Below, piece after piece: positions 41,233 through 52,350 of a DNA stretch of 64,000 nucleotides; position 1 is the first letter of the stretch; every line of letters begins with the position of its first letter. The notes under the pieces were generated by a model. The model was not told the DNA's origin. It ran no database searches and worked only from the letters and a program-made list of their open reading frames with translations. This stretch comes from a bacterium (GTDB lineage Bacteria; Patescibacteriota; Saccharimonadia; UBA4664), in contig CP064960.1 of assembly GCA_016699105.1 (NCBI GenBank), positions 456,727 through 520,726 of the forward strand, read 5' to 3'. Both the position numbers and the translations under genes were made by a program.

Positions 41233-42309
41233 GTGACATCTTGGACAATAGTGTTGATTATTATTGGCGTGATTGCGCTTGTTGTATTGGCGGCTGTGAT
41301 TTGGAATTTGAGCCGTCAAATGGGCATGATGCGCAGCCGAACTGAAGATGATACGGCGTTGGCACTCATCAAGCAGGATTTGGTCAGTTTACAAACGACT
41401 GTGCACGACCGGCTCGAGCGGTCTGCGATGCATATGAACGAAGCCATGAGCCGTCAATTTGCAGCCTCCAGTCGCCTCATAAGTGAAGTCACTCGTGACC
41501 TCACTGAGTTAAAAGCCAGCAATAAGCAGGTATTGAGTATCTCTGATGAACTGAAGACATTGCAAAATACGCTCCAGAATCCAAAGCAGCGTGGTGTTTT
41601 GGGCGAATATTTTTTGCAGAATGTTTTAGAAAACGTGTTGCCTCCGGATCGATTTCAAATGCAGTATAAATTCATTTCAGGCGAAATAGTTGATGCAATT
41701 ATCAGATTGGATCGTAATTTAATATTACCCGTAGATAGCAAATTTTCACTCGAGAATTATAATCGATTAATTGATGAAAAAGACAAAAGTGTGCAAATTG
41801 AATTACTCAAACTTATCCGATCTGATTTAAAGAACCGCATTGATGAAACGGCTAAATATATTAAGCCGCAAGAGCATACAATGGATTTTGCTTTCATGTT
41901 TATTCCCAGCGAAGCCATTTACTATGATCTCCTCGTCAATAGAGTAGGATCCCTCAAGAGTAATTCACGCGATTTGATTGAGTATGCTTATATCGAAAAA
42001 CACGTTATCATTGTCAGCCCAACGAGCTTTATGGCGTATCTGCAAACAGTTATTCAAGGTTTGCGGAGTTTGCAAATAGAAGAGAAGGCCAAAGACATTC
42101 AAAGACGAGTGGGAGAATTGAGCCGGCATATTGCTGCGCATGAAACGTACATGCAGAAACTGGGATCTTCACTCGGAGTATCAGTTGGTCATTATAATGC
42201 TGCCCACCGTGAGCTGAAAAAAATGGATACTGACGTCGTTAGAATTGCGGGTTCATCAAGCGAAGTTGAACCGTTGACGCTCGACCGGCCAAACTCACTC
42301 GACGAATAA
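41233..42309 (+). CDS. rmuC: DNA recombination protein RmuC
   Basis: N-terminal TM, long coiled coil, then the C-terminal RmuC nuclease-like domain (FIPSEAIYYDLL...VSPTSFMAYLQTV). Confidence 0.75.
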   Translation: MTSWTIVLIIIGVIALVVLAAVIWNLSRQMGMMRSRTEDDTALALIKQDLVSLQTTVHDRLERSAMHMNEAMSRQFAASSRLISEVTRDLTELKASNKQVLSISDELKTLQNTLQNPKQRGVLGEYFLQNVLENVLPPDRFQMQYKFISGEIVDAIIRLDRNLILPVDSKFSLENYNRLIDEKDKSVQIELLKLIRSDLKNRIDETAKYIKPQEHTMDFAFMFIPSEAIYYDLLVNRVGSLKSNSRDLIEYAYIEKHVIIVSPTSFMAYLQTVIQGLRSLQIEEKAKDIQRRVGELSRHIAAHETYMQKLGSSLGVSVGHYNAAHRELKKMDTDVVRIAGSSSEVEPLTLDRPNSLDE

Positions 42310-42392
42310 AGTTCGGCGAAGAGGTGAATGGTAGGGCGGAGTAGGTTATAGTTGATGCTAATAGCATGTAATGGGATGGGAAAGCAGACAAC

Positions 42393-43385
42393 ATGAAGCG
42401 TGTAGTTTCTGGAATCAAACCGACGGGTGATGTCACACTTGGTAATTACATTGGCGCCATGCGGCGATGGGGTGAAATGAGTGCAAATCCGGAAAAAGAG
42501 CACTTTTTCTTTGTGCCAAACTTGCACGCATTAACAGTGCGACCTGATCCGGCTGAGCTCAAGCGAATGAGTCGAAGCGCAGTAGCTTGGCTGCTGGCTT
42601 GTGGGGTTGATCATGACCACAGCTATATTTTTATGCAATCGCAAGTGCCTGCCCATTCGGAGCTCACGTGGATTTTGAATAATTATACGACGCTTGGTGA
42701 ACTCAACCGTATGACTCAGTTTAAGGATAAGGCTGGTAGGGCAGGATCGGAAGGTCAACTGGTGGGTCTATATGACTATCCAGTGATGATGGCGGCCGAT
42801 ATATTGCTCTATGATGCCGAAGAAGTACCCGTGGGTGAAGATCAGAAACAGCATGTCGAGCTAACTCGAGATATCGCGACACGGTTCAATAACCTGTACG
42901 GAGACACCTTTGTGGTACCTCAGCCTACCGTCCAGAAAGAAGGTGCTCGCATCATGAACTTGCAAGATCCGACGAAAAAAATGAGCAAGCGTGATCTGGA
43001 CGACTCAGGCAATATTTTGCTCGATGATGATGAAAAGACGATTGAGAAAAAGATTCTCAAAGCAGTGACCGATTCTGGTAGTGCGGTAGCTACAGGAGCT
43101 GACAAGCCGGCATTGACCAATATGTTGGTAATTATGTCGGTGTTAGGGGGTAAATCTATTGAAGATCTCGAACTGCAGTATGCCGGCAGAGGCTACGGCG
43201 AGTTTAAACAGGATCTAGCAGACTTAGTCGTACATACCATAAAACCGCTACGAAAAGTGCACGACCAGTATATGAAAGAGGGAAGCGATAAGATTGATTC
43301 GGCACTCAAACACGGATGGTGGCGAGCGAGTGAACTAGCAAATGCCAAACTGACGCGAGTCAAAGACAAGCTCGGATTGCTGTAA
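42393..43385 (+). CDS. trpS: Tryptophanyl-tRNA synthetase
   Basis: SGIKPTGDVTLGNYIGA (HIGH-region equivalent) and KMSKRD (KMSKS). Confidence 0.9.
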   Translation: MKRVVSGIKPTGDVTLGNYIGAMRRWGEMSANPEKEHFFFVPNLHALTVRPDPAELKRMSRSAVAWLLACGVDHDHSYIFMQSQVPAHSELTWILNNYTTLGELNRMTQFKDKAGRAGSEGQLVGLYDYPVMMAADILLYDAEEVPVGEDQKQHVELTRDIATRFNNLYGDTFVVPQPTVQKEGARIMNLQDPTKKMSKRDLDDSGNILLDDDEKTIEKKILKAVTDSGSAVATGADKPALTNMLVIMSVLGGKSIEDLELQYAGRGYGEFKQDLADLVVHTIKPLRKVHDQYMKEGSDKIDSALKHGWWRASELANAKLTRVKDKLGLL

Positions 43386-43410
43386 AACCCCTAACAACTA
43401 GCTAATAATA

Positions 43411-43455
43411 GTACCCGCTGTCTGGGTAGTTATATCAGGCAGCGGGTATTTATTT
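43411..43455 (+). terminator. Rho-independent terminator after trpS
   Basis: ACCCGCUGUCUG - loop - CAGGCAGCGGGU (12 bp with one G-U pair) followed by AUUUAUUU. Confidence 0.5.
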
Positions 43456-44230
43456 AGTCGCGCGTAATATTGATATTCCAAATAACTGTGTCATTATATA
43501 TTTTTTGGAGTTGTTATTCGCCAAAAAGTTGTGCACAAATGTTGAATTAATTACAACAACGCTCGGTTAATACCTAAATAATCTGTATAAGGTCGTAATA
43601 ATACACGCCTTTATAAAGCCATAATAAATTATACTAATCTTTTTAGCATAAGAATATTGACATATTAAAATGCTTGTGATAAGTTATGAGTACGTTCGTT
43701 GAAAAGTAAATTCTCCACCCCACGCATGAAGATCCCTGACAGTAGGGCAGACCCAGGTTAGAGATATCCCCCTTATTTCTAACCTAGGTCCACCCTACGG
43801 TCAGCCGGCAAGTGCTGGAAACAAGCGGCTATGATCAGTTGATGGTAGCCGATTGCTTCCAGCTACTCTCGCCAAGAGGGTAGTGCGGAAGGAAATGTTC
43901 GATCAATAGACAATATATGCGATTATTGTGAAATGTTAACAAAACTTGTCTCCAGCAAGCTAAAACATTACAAATTCCACATTGTCTATAAAAACCAAAA
44001 TCCTACTCAAAACAAAATGTATCAAACCTCAGTACTTAGTAATTCAAAAGAATATAAGTATCTAAAGCGAGACTAGATAACGTATGTTGCTTCAGAGTAG
44101 CGATAAAGTTACGGGGCGACTGGCGTCAATTACACATATAGGATGCTTCTAGCTCGCCCCGTAACTCCCTTGATTACCATCTGCCCAACACCATCGCGTT
44201 GTTGGGCGTTTTTTGTGTCATAATGTGAGG

Positions 44231-44632
44231 TATGAGCAAGGTGAGGTGCGGGTGAGTATTGGTGCGTGGCTGAGATTGCTGGGTGGGATATCCTCTCTAG
44301 GTGCCGTAGGTATGATTGCCGTTATGCTTATGTGGTCTCCTCATGATGTTGGGCCCTTTGGTGTCACGCTGTGGTTTGTGGCATTGTATGTCGTTGTCAG
44401 TGCGGTAGTGGCTCAGGGACTTTTCGGCTTAAAAAGCTATCTACAAGTCGGTGAGAGCCGACTCGTGCGGTTGCGGTCAAGTGTGCGACAGGGATTACTG
44501 TTGTCTGGGCTGATGATTGTTTGTTTGGCTTTGAGTTCGCTTAGTCAGCTGAGCTGGCTAGACGTGGTATTATTTGGTACAGTTTTGTTGATCATAGAAT
44601 TATATGTGAGGTTTCGATGGCCGCAGGAATAG
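44231..44632 (+). CDS. Hypothetical 4-TM membrane protein upstream of pheS
   Basis: Hydrophobic ORF ending 16 nt into pheS. Could be an operon leader gene. Start ambiguous (44213 or 44231). Confidence 0.4.
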   Translation, partial: YEQGEVRVSIGAWLRLLGGISSLGAVGMIAVMLMWSPHDVGPFGVTLWFVALYVVVSAVVAQGLFGLKSYLQVGESRLVRLRSSVRQGLLLSGLMIVCLALSSLSQLSWLDVVLFGTVLLIIELYVRFRWPQE

Positions 44633-45639
44633 AGTCGTGGCTTGAGCAGGTGGCTCAAGCGCCCGATGAAGCTACGCTAACGCAGCTTCGGGTTCGAGTT
44701 TTGGGTCGAAAAGGAGTGCTAACCGAGGCTTTAAAAACTATTGGTAGTTTGCCCGTAGCTGAAAGGGCTCAGGCTGGGTTAGATTCAAATAAGCATCGCA
44801 GCACATTTGAAGCTGCTCTAGCTGCACGCCAACTCGAACTACAGAATCAAGCAGAGATAAGTCTGACACCAATTGATGTCACGGCTCCAGGTATGCGACC
44901 ACAACTGGGTCACCGTCATCCGGTGAGTATGGTGCTCAATGAATTGACTGATGTGTTTTGGCAAATGGGGTACCAAGTGGTAGATGGACCCGAAATTGAA
45001 ACTGAGTGGTTCAATTTTGAAGCTTTATTGGTAGACAAAGACCATCCAGCACGCGATATGCAAGATACGTTTTATTTGAAGGGTGGCAATCTGCCACGGA
45101 CGCATACTTCGGCCGTGCAGATCCGCTACATGATGGAACACAAGGATAATCTGCCAATTCGAATTGTTGCCCCTGGCAAAGTCTATCGAAATGAAGACGA
45201 AGACGCGCGACATTCGTGGAGTTTTTATCAGATTGAAGGATTGGTTGTCGACCAAGGTATTACGGTCGGCGATTTGAAGGGAACGCTAGAAGCGATGATG
45301 CGAGGAGTGCTCGGTGATAATACTCAAATCAGGTTAAGGTCGAATTATTTTCCTTACACCGAACCAAGTGTTGAGATGGATGCAACATGTGTTGTCTGTA
45401 AAGGTACTGGAAAAGTATTTCAACACGATTGTCATTTATGTACTGGGACAGGATGGCTTGAACTTGGTGGGGCTGGTATGGTCCACCCGCGGGTACTTCA
45501 AAACGTGGGCATTAATGCAGATAAGTATAGTGGGTTTGCATTCGGGTTCGGTCCGGAACGAATAGCCGCTATTAAATATAACGTGCCAGACGTCCGAGAA
45601 TTTTGGCGACCAAATTTTAAGTTTCTAGAACAGTTTTAA
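44617..45639 (+). CDS. pheS: Phenylalanyl-tRNA synthetase alpha subunit
   Basis: 340 aa; class II motifs (FNFEALLVDKDHPARDMQDTFY; GLV...; RPNFKF). Confidence 0.9.
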   Translation: MAAGIESWLEQVAQAPDEATLTQLRVRVLGRKGVLTEALKTIGSLPVAERAQAGLDSNKHRSTFEAALAARQLELQNQAEISLTPIDVTAPGMRPQLGHRHPVSMVLNELTDVFWQMGYQVVDGPEIETEWFNFEALLVDKDHPARDMQDTFYLKGGNLPRTHTSAVQIRYMMEHKDNLPIRIVAPGKVYRNEDEDARHSWSFYQIEGLVVDQGITVGDLKGTLEAMMRGVLGDNTQIRLRSNYFPYTEPSVEMDATCVVCKGTGKVFQHDCHLCTGTGWLELGGAGMVHPRVLQNVGINADKYSGFAFGFGPERIAAIKYNVPDVREFWRPNFKFLEQF

Positions 45640-45650
45640 AAGAGGCTTCA

Positions 45651-47968
45651 ATGAAAGTTACTACCAATTGGTTACGAAATTGCCTAGGTCGTACAATATT
45701 ATCAGACGTATCTGACCAGCAAATCGTTCAGGCACTTGAACAGTCTGGACTTGAGGTTGAACAAGTAATTTATTCACATGAAATTGATCCACTTGTAATT
45801 TCTTGTTCGGTTAAAAAAGTTATTCAACATCCCAGTGCGGACAAACTAAAAATAGTGGAGTTATCCACTGGTAAAATCGATTTGACTGTGGTATGTGGCG
45901 CGCCAAACGTCCGCGAAGGTATGAATGCAGCCTTAGCTCAGGTCGGTGCGACATTGCCGTCGGGCGACAAAATAGGTATAGCCAAGTTGCGGGGGATAGA
46001 AAGTAGTGGGATGTTATGTAGTCCGCAGGAGCTTGGTCTTGGTGATGATCACAGTGGTTTATTGGTACTCGATGATTCAATACAACCTGGCGTGGAACTT
46101 GCAGATTTATATCCGTCAGATACCATAATTGATGTTAAGACACCTGCGAACCGCTTTGACGTCCAAAGTATTTGTGGCATTGCTCGAGATATAGCGGCAA
46201 TGTTACGCAAATCAGTTGATCTGGAAATGGACTTGATTCGTGATTTTGTACAAAATACTGCCGTGATTGACCGAACTGACGGTAATAGGCCGTTACTATT
46301 GGTTAAATTGAATATAAATCCAGAAAGCCAAACTCCAGATTGGATGGTTGCTCGGTTGCGATCGGTCGGCCAGCGAAGTAAAGGGTTGTTGGTAGATATT
46401 ACAAATTACGTTATGTTTGAAACTGGACAGCCGTTACACGCTTACGACGCAGCCAAAGTTAGTTGGCCATTGCAAGTGAGAACGGCTAATGATGGCGAGA
46501 AATTAGTCACACTTGATGGTGTCGAGCGAAAACTAACAACTGATGATTTAGTTATCGCCGATCAAGATGGACCTGTGGCATTAGCTGGCGTCATGGGGGG
46601 GCAATCGAGCGAAGTCGGAGCAACGACTCATACTATATGGCTTGAAGCCGGTGTATTTGATGCCGTCAAAATTCGAAAGACGGCTCAGCGACATGGTTTG
46701 CGTACCGAAGGCAGCGCTCGGTTTGAACGACGGTTACCGCCGCAGATGCCTCAAGTGGGTCTAACCCGGGTAATCGAACTTTTCAAAACATTGGCTGGGG
46801 CTTCGGTCGAGGCAATGGTTTGGGGAGGGATGACCAGTTACCAAAACCGATCCAGATCACGATTGAGCCTGATTGGGTACAGCGTATGCTTGGCCTGAAA
46901 CTTACTATGGCCGACATGAAGATGACTTTACGAAATTTGGGATTTGGCATTGAAGAAGTTGGTGACCTGATTAACGTTACCGTGCCTTGGTGGCGGCCAG
47001 ACATTAATGGTCGCGAAGATATACTAGAAGAATTAGTCAGAGTACTGGGGTATGGAAAGATACCAGCGACTTTGCCAACTTGGCGGCCGCAACAGGTGAA
47101 TTTCGATCACCTGCGGCAATGGCGAGAACGAGTTTGCCAGACATTAAGTGCAGCCGGATTGTTTGAAGTGATGACATATTCATTTGTAGCCGGTGAACAA
47201 ATTGATCGACTTGAATCGACCTATAAACACCTGGAGCTACAAAACCCATTGTCGGCAGAACAATCGTATTTGCGTACCGGATTATTGGCTAGTCATCTGC
47301 GGGTAGCTGAACGTAATCGAACGTATGCAAAATCCTTCGCCTATTACGAGATATCCAAAGTATTTTGGCCAAGTCGGCCCGGCGAACTGCCACATGAACC
47401 GTTATTGCTTGGACTAACTGCTGTGCGTCCGCACGATGCCTATATATATGTGAAAGGATTGCTGGATGAACTATCAGTAGTGCTGGGGGTGCCAATGACC
47501 GTACGTCCAGCTCAAGTCGCAAATATGGCTACAGGCCGCGCTGGCGAAGTAGTGCTCCATGACGTAGTTATTGGGCATATTGGCCAAGTCAAGCCATCTA
47601 TTGTGAAATCTCACAAGATCGAGCGGGAATTGGCAGGTTTTGAGATAAATTTACAGCCAGTTTTTGCATCGGTACGTCCGCAGCAGTATGTGGCGCCAGC
47701 GCGTTTTCCAACCATTCAACGCGATATTTCGGTTTGGCTTCCAGAAGGAACAACTTGGTCTAAAGTTGTAGAGACGTTGACAAAATATAATGTCGAATAT
47801 GTCGGAGAATATCGCGGACTAGGCACGCCTGCGGGGCAGCGTGGGCTAACGTTGCGACTGACGATGGCACATGACGATCATACCCCGACCGAAGCTGAAG
47901 CTAGTGCAGCCGTTACGCAGGTAACTGATCTACTGGGACGGATGTTGAGTGCGATATCTCGGGGCTAA
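45651..47968 (+). CDS. pheT: Phenylalanyl-tRNA synthetase beta subunit; frameshift near 46823-46826
   Basis: tRNA-binding domain, B3/4 and B5 (PKPIQITIEPDWVQRMLG) domains and C-terminal FDX-ACB domain. ORFs 45651..46898 and 46820..47968 join across gggg. Confidence 0.85.
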
Positions 47969-48035
47969 ATTATCGATAGTTAGCCCTAACAATTTTGTCT
48001 GGTTTTTAAACAAGCGTTAGCGGTATAATCGGCAT

Positions 48036-49469
48036 ATGTTAAAGCGCAGGCTGGATCAGGAAATCCACGGGAGCGCGGGTTATACTTCAGCCCGGCGGCT
48101 CGTGGCGTTGGGTATTTTGCTGGTTATGGCGCTCGTAGGCAGCCACCTGGCTCTAAGGGTTTGGTATGACGGCCGTATCCTTCCAGGCGTGAAAGTAGCT
48201 GGAATTGATTTTGGTGGTAAAACCATAAGTCAAACTCGATCGGCATTAGCTGATGCTGCTAGGGATTACCGTTTACAGTTGACGGTTGGACAGTCTAGTT
48301 ATGAATTGGCGGCAGCTGATGTCGGCGTGACTTTTGATGTCGAGAGTACGGTGGCGTCGGCATATAATAGCGGGCGCGATAAAGCTTGGTCGACGTGGCA
48401 TCATGAACCGGTAGCCATGGCTTACCAACTTGATCGAAAGGTATTACGGACATTTGCGGAAACGGCCGCCCGAAAGGTAGGGACGGCGCCGGTTGATGCA
48501 GCTATTGTTATGAAAAATGGCGTACCCGTGAAAGTGCCCGAAAAAAGTGGTTGGTCAATCGATAAAGTGGGGTTGGTACGGCTGATAGAACAAGATATAC
48601 AGCAGCCAGGAGGCGTGAATTTAGCCTTACAACCCCGCGAGCAAGTAGCCCAAGTGTTAGCGGCTCGTCTCGATCCAGCAGTGAATCAGGCCCAAGAATT
48701 GGTGCGAACACCGGTTGTCATAAAATTTGCCGATAAGACTTTCGTGCCATCGGTGACTGATATTGGTAGTTGGCTGACATTTGTGAAAGCCAGCGAGACA
48801 GCTGGAACCAGTTTGGTACCGACAGTAGATGAATCTAAAGTAAAAAATTATGTATTGGCGGTGGCTAACCAACTCGATATCGCGCCGATAAACAAAAAAA
48901 TTACGATTGAAAATGGGGTCAGTCGAGTTGATCAGGAAGGCGTCGATGGCATGGCCATAAATCAGGACGAAGCCGTAACCGCTATTATGACGGGATTGAC
49001 GGCGGGTCAATCGGTGGCGGTGCAGCTAACGACCCGACCAGTGGCTTTTAAAACGATTTCGACCAATCTCATAACGCTTGATTATCCGCGGTATATTGAA
49101 GTAAATATTAGTAAACAACGGCTGTGGGTGTGGCAAGACAAAGCTGTTATTTATGAAACTCCCGTGACTACTGGTGCGACTGGCGCTGGATTTGGAACGG
49201 CGCAAGGATTGTTTAGTGTCTATTACAAAACGACTAATACCCGTTTGCGCGGGTATCAGTACGGCTACGATTATGACGTAGCGGTTAAGTACTGGATGCC
49301 GTTTTATCAGGGTTATGGGCTACATGACGCGAGCTGGCGCAATGGAAAGTTTGGGGGCTCTGATTATTATTACGGGGGTTCACATGGTTGCGTTAATCTG
49401 CCTGACGCCGCTGCGGAATTTGTATATAACTGGGCGACTGTCGGCACGCCAGTTTGGGTCCATAAATAA
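48036..49469 (+). CDS. L,D-transpeptidase (YkuD domain) with N-terminal TM and long extracytoplasmic region
   Basis: C-terminal YkuD catalytic core (YIEVNISKQRLWVW...GLHD...SHGCVNLP) with the His/Cys dyad. Confidence 0.7.
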   Translation: MLKRRLDQEIHGSAGYTSARRLVALGILLVMALVGSHLALRVWYDGRILPGVKVAGIDFGGKTISQTRSALADAARDYRLQLTVGQSSYELAAADVGVTFDVESTVASAYNSGRDKAWSTWHHEPVAMAYQLDRKVLRTFAETAARKVGTAPVDAAIVMKNGVPVKVPEKSGWSIDKVGLVRLIEQDIQQPGGVNLALQPREQVAQVLAARLDPAVNQAQELVRTPVVIKFADKTFVPSVTDIGSWLTFVKASETAGTSLVPTVDESKVKNYVLAVANQLDIAPINKKITIENGVSRVDQEGVDGMAINQDEAVTAIMTGLTAGQSVAVQLTTRPVAFKTISTNLITLDYPRYIEVNISKQRLWVWQDKAVIYETPVTTGATGAGFGTAQGLFSVYYKTTNTRLRGYQYGYDYDVAVKYWMPFYQGYGLHDASWRNGKFGGSDYYYGGSHGCVNLPDAAAEFVYNWATVGTPVWVHK

Positions 49470-49508
49470 GCTTAAGCTCGACAGGCTAACATGGTATAAT
49501 GCCTGGTA

Positions 49509-49964
49509 ATGGATGCCCAATCGACCGTACCACCAGGAGCCTCGAGTAACCCGAATGAGAATCGGCCAGAAATGGCTGCCCCAGTGTCGGCTGGTGAGCA
49601 AGTAGTTCAACCGGCTCCCGTTTCAGCAGAACAAGCGCCGTCAGTGAGCGGTGGTTCTAGTGCGCCCCAATCGGTTGCGCCAGCGGTAGATCCGATGGCC
49701 TTAGTGATGGCTACAGCCGCAGATCCAGCGACGACGGCTCCGACAACCCAAGCGACAACACTATTGCCGAATCTGGCGGCGGACGTTGATGTGATTGAGC
49801 CTGAATGGGTGGACAAGGCCCAAGAAGCCATAGCAAAGCACGTTGGTGATCCTTATGGCGAAGAAGAAGCAGTAGAAGAGCTCCAAGAGGCCTATCTGCA
49901 ACAGCGCTATGGTCTGAACGTTCATGAACCAGGGGAAGACACAACTAATACCGACAGTGCTTAA
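49509..49964 (+). CDS. Hypothetical acidic low-complexity (Pro/Ala/Ser-rich) protein
   Basis: 151 aa ORF immediately upstream of the VirB4-like ATPase; no motif. Confidence 0.3.
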   Translation: MDAQSTVPPGASSNPNENRPEMAAPVSAGEQVVQPAPVSAEQAPSVSGGSSAPQSVAPAVDPMALVMATAADPATTAPTTQATTLLPNLAADVDVIEPEWVDKAQEAIAKHVGDPYGEEEAVEELQEAYLQQRYGLNVHEPGEDTTNTDSA

Positions 49965-49988
49965 AGGTTACTAGGTGAGGCTGCTGAG

Positions 49989-52323
49989 GTGACATTCGTC
50001 TTAACAATTCTGGGTGTATTTTTGCTCGTTGGATCTGGTTTAGGTCTGTCGGCATATTACATTTACCGTCATAAGCTGCGAAAATCAAAGGCCATCGAAC
50101 GAGGCTTGAAGATGGTGCCTATTTTAATCCATCTGCCGCCAGCGACGAATCAAGGCGCTTCCAATCGTGATGCCAAAGAAGTAATGCGCGAAAAGACAGC
50201 TCAAGCAGAGGTGCTATATAACTTGCTGGCTGGTACCGCAGTTACGGGATTTCGGAGTACGTTTTATGGTCAACGACATGTAGCCATGGAGTTGATCGCC
50301 ATTGATGGGGTAGTGCATTTCTACGCTGCCGTGCCCGTGGCCATGGCGAGCACTATGGAGCAAGCACTACAGACTGCTTATCCAGGGGCGCGGATGGAAA
50401 TGGTTGAGGATCATAATATCTTCAATCGAGAAGGACGGCTGGCAGCTACTATGGGTGGCGAGATGGTGCTTCGGACTGAAAGTGCTTATCCTATTGCTAC
50501 ATATTCAAAACTAGATCGCGACCCGATGGAAGCCCTATTGACGAGCATTTCAGCTTTGGACAAGCAAGATGGAGTAGCTTTCCAACTCATGTTGCGGCCA
50601 GCAGCGTCAAACTGGATTTCGCGCAGTTTGCGGGTAGCGGACATGAAACGGCGTGGCCGGGGAGCTCATAATGATCTGTCGGTTACAAATTTGGCCCAAG
50701 CGGCTCTAAAAGCACCTTCAGCACGGGCTGAGGAAGACAAGCAGTATCACGGTGGACAGACGGCTAGTCAAATCGAGCAAGATACAGCTAATACCATCGA
50801 GGAGAAGACGAAACATCCTGGTTTCGAAGTTTTAATTCGCGTAATTGTATCAACCGGATCGGTTGCCCGTAGTCAACAACTTTTGCGAGATATTGCGACT
50901 ACTTTTGCGCTGTACGACTCTCCGGGACATAATGGGTTTACTTTTTTGCCAGCAGTTGATGTCCAAGGGCTTGTGACTGCCTTTATCTTTCGTTTTTTTC
51001 CGCCTGAGTTGAAAGGAAGTGTGCTCAATAGTGTTGAACTGGCAACGCTATTTCATCTACCCGATTCACAATATTTGCCCGCAGCTAGTATTGAGCGCCA
51101 GAAGAGTAAGCAAGTTGATGGACCGGTCAAATTGCCATCAGTGGGGTTGTTGTTTGGCTACAACGAATTTCGGGGGGTGCGCAAGGAGATTCGGTTATCA
51201 GCCGAAGATCGTCGGCGACATACCTATATACTGGGTCAGACTGGTGTTGGTAAATCGACCATGTTGGAAAACTTGGCCGTTCAAGACATGTTGGCTGGCA
51301 ATGGTTTTGCATTTATCGACCCTCACGGTGACTCAGCTGAGAAATTATTGGCTTTGGTGCCCAAAGAACGAGCCGAAGATGTCATTTACTTCGATCCAGG
51401 TGATAGCCAATATCCATTAGGACTAAACTTGTTCGAATTTAGTGACCCAGCCCAAAAAGACTTTTTGGTGCAAGAGACCATTAATATGCTGTACAAGCTG
51501 TACGACCCCGGTAAAACGGGTATTATTGGACCTCGCTATGAACACTGGTATCGCAATGCCGCACTGACTTTGATGAGTGATCCTAATGGATCGACCTTTA
51601 TCGAGATTCCGAAAGTATTTACCGACACAGAATATTTGAAAGAAAAGTTCAAGTATCTGAAAGACCCGACGGTCATCGACTTTTGGACCAAGGAGATGGG
51701 GCAAACAAGCGATTACCACAAGAGCGAGATGCTCGGCTGGTTTGTGAGTAAATTTGGCGCATTCCAAAACAACGAAATGATGCGCAATATCATTGGGCAG
51801 ACCAAGAGTTCATTTAATATCCGCGAGGTCATGGATCAAAAGAAGATCTTGATCGTCAACCTGAGTAAAGGCCGGGTAGGGGAGTTGAACTCACAATTGC
51901 TCGGTATGATCTTTGTCATCAAGTTCCAGGCGGCAGCGATGAGTCGGGCAAATATGCCCGAAGATCAACGGTCTGATTTTTGCTTATATGTCGATGAGTT
52001 TCGAATTTTTCAACCGATAGTTTTTCTGGCATCTGGTGAAGCTCGTAAATACCGCTTGAACTTAATCGTAGCCAACCAGTTTATTGGGCAATTAAGCCAG
52101 AAATCCGTGACGCTGTCTTTGGGAACATTAGGTCAATTGTGGCTCACCGCATGGGTCCGGAAGATGCTGAATTTATGGTCAACAATTTGCGCCGGTATTT
52201 GATACAGCCGACTTGATGAACTTACCGAACTACAACGCCGCGATGCGATTAATGATTAGCGGTTTGCCAAGCCAACCGTTTACAATGGTAGATAGTCCCC
52301 CCCATCGGCAAGCCAAATGCTGA
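49989..52323 (+). CDS. VirB4/TraC/TcpF-like conjugation/T4SS-type P-loop ATPase (AAA_10-like) with N-terminal TM; about 3 frameshifts in the last 250 nt
   Basis: N-terminal TM helix, ~400 aa N-domain, then Walker A ILGQTGVGKST, IDPHGD and Walker B CLYVDEF (AAA_10/TraG-like pattern). The 3' end reads ...EIRDAVFGN...PEDAEFMVNNLRPVFDTADLMNLPNYNAAMRLMISGLPSQPF only by shifting frames near 52105, 52185 and ccccccc at 52295-52301. Confidence 0.55.
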
Positions 52324-52350
52324 GCTCAGGGGCTGCGGTTAAGCAACTAA

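Noticed and set aside
43700-43900. T-box riboswitch upstream of pheS
   Set aside because: The only AGGGTGGACC-like T-box core is on the minus strand, where no aaRS gene lies downstream. The + strand carries only its complement. No specifier-loop/antiterminator arrangement could be built.
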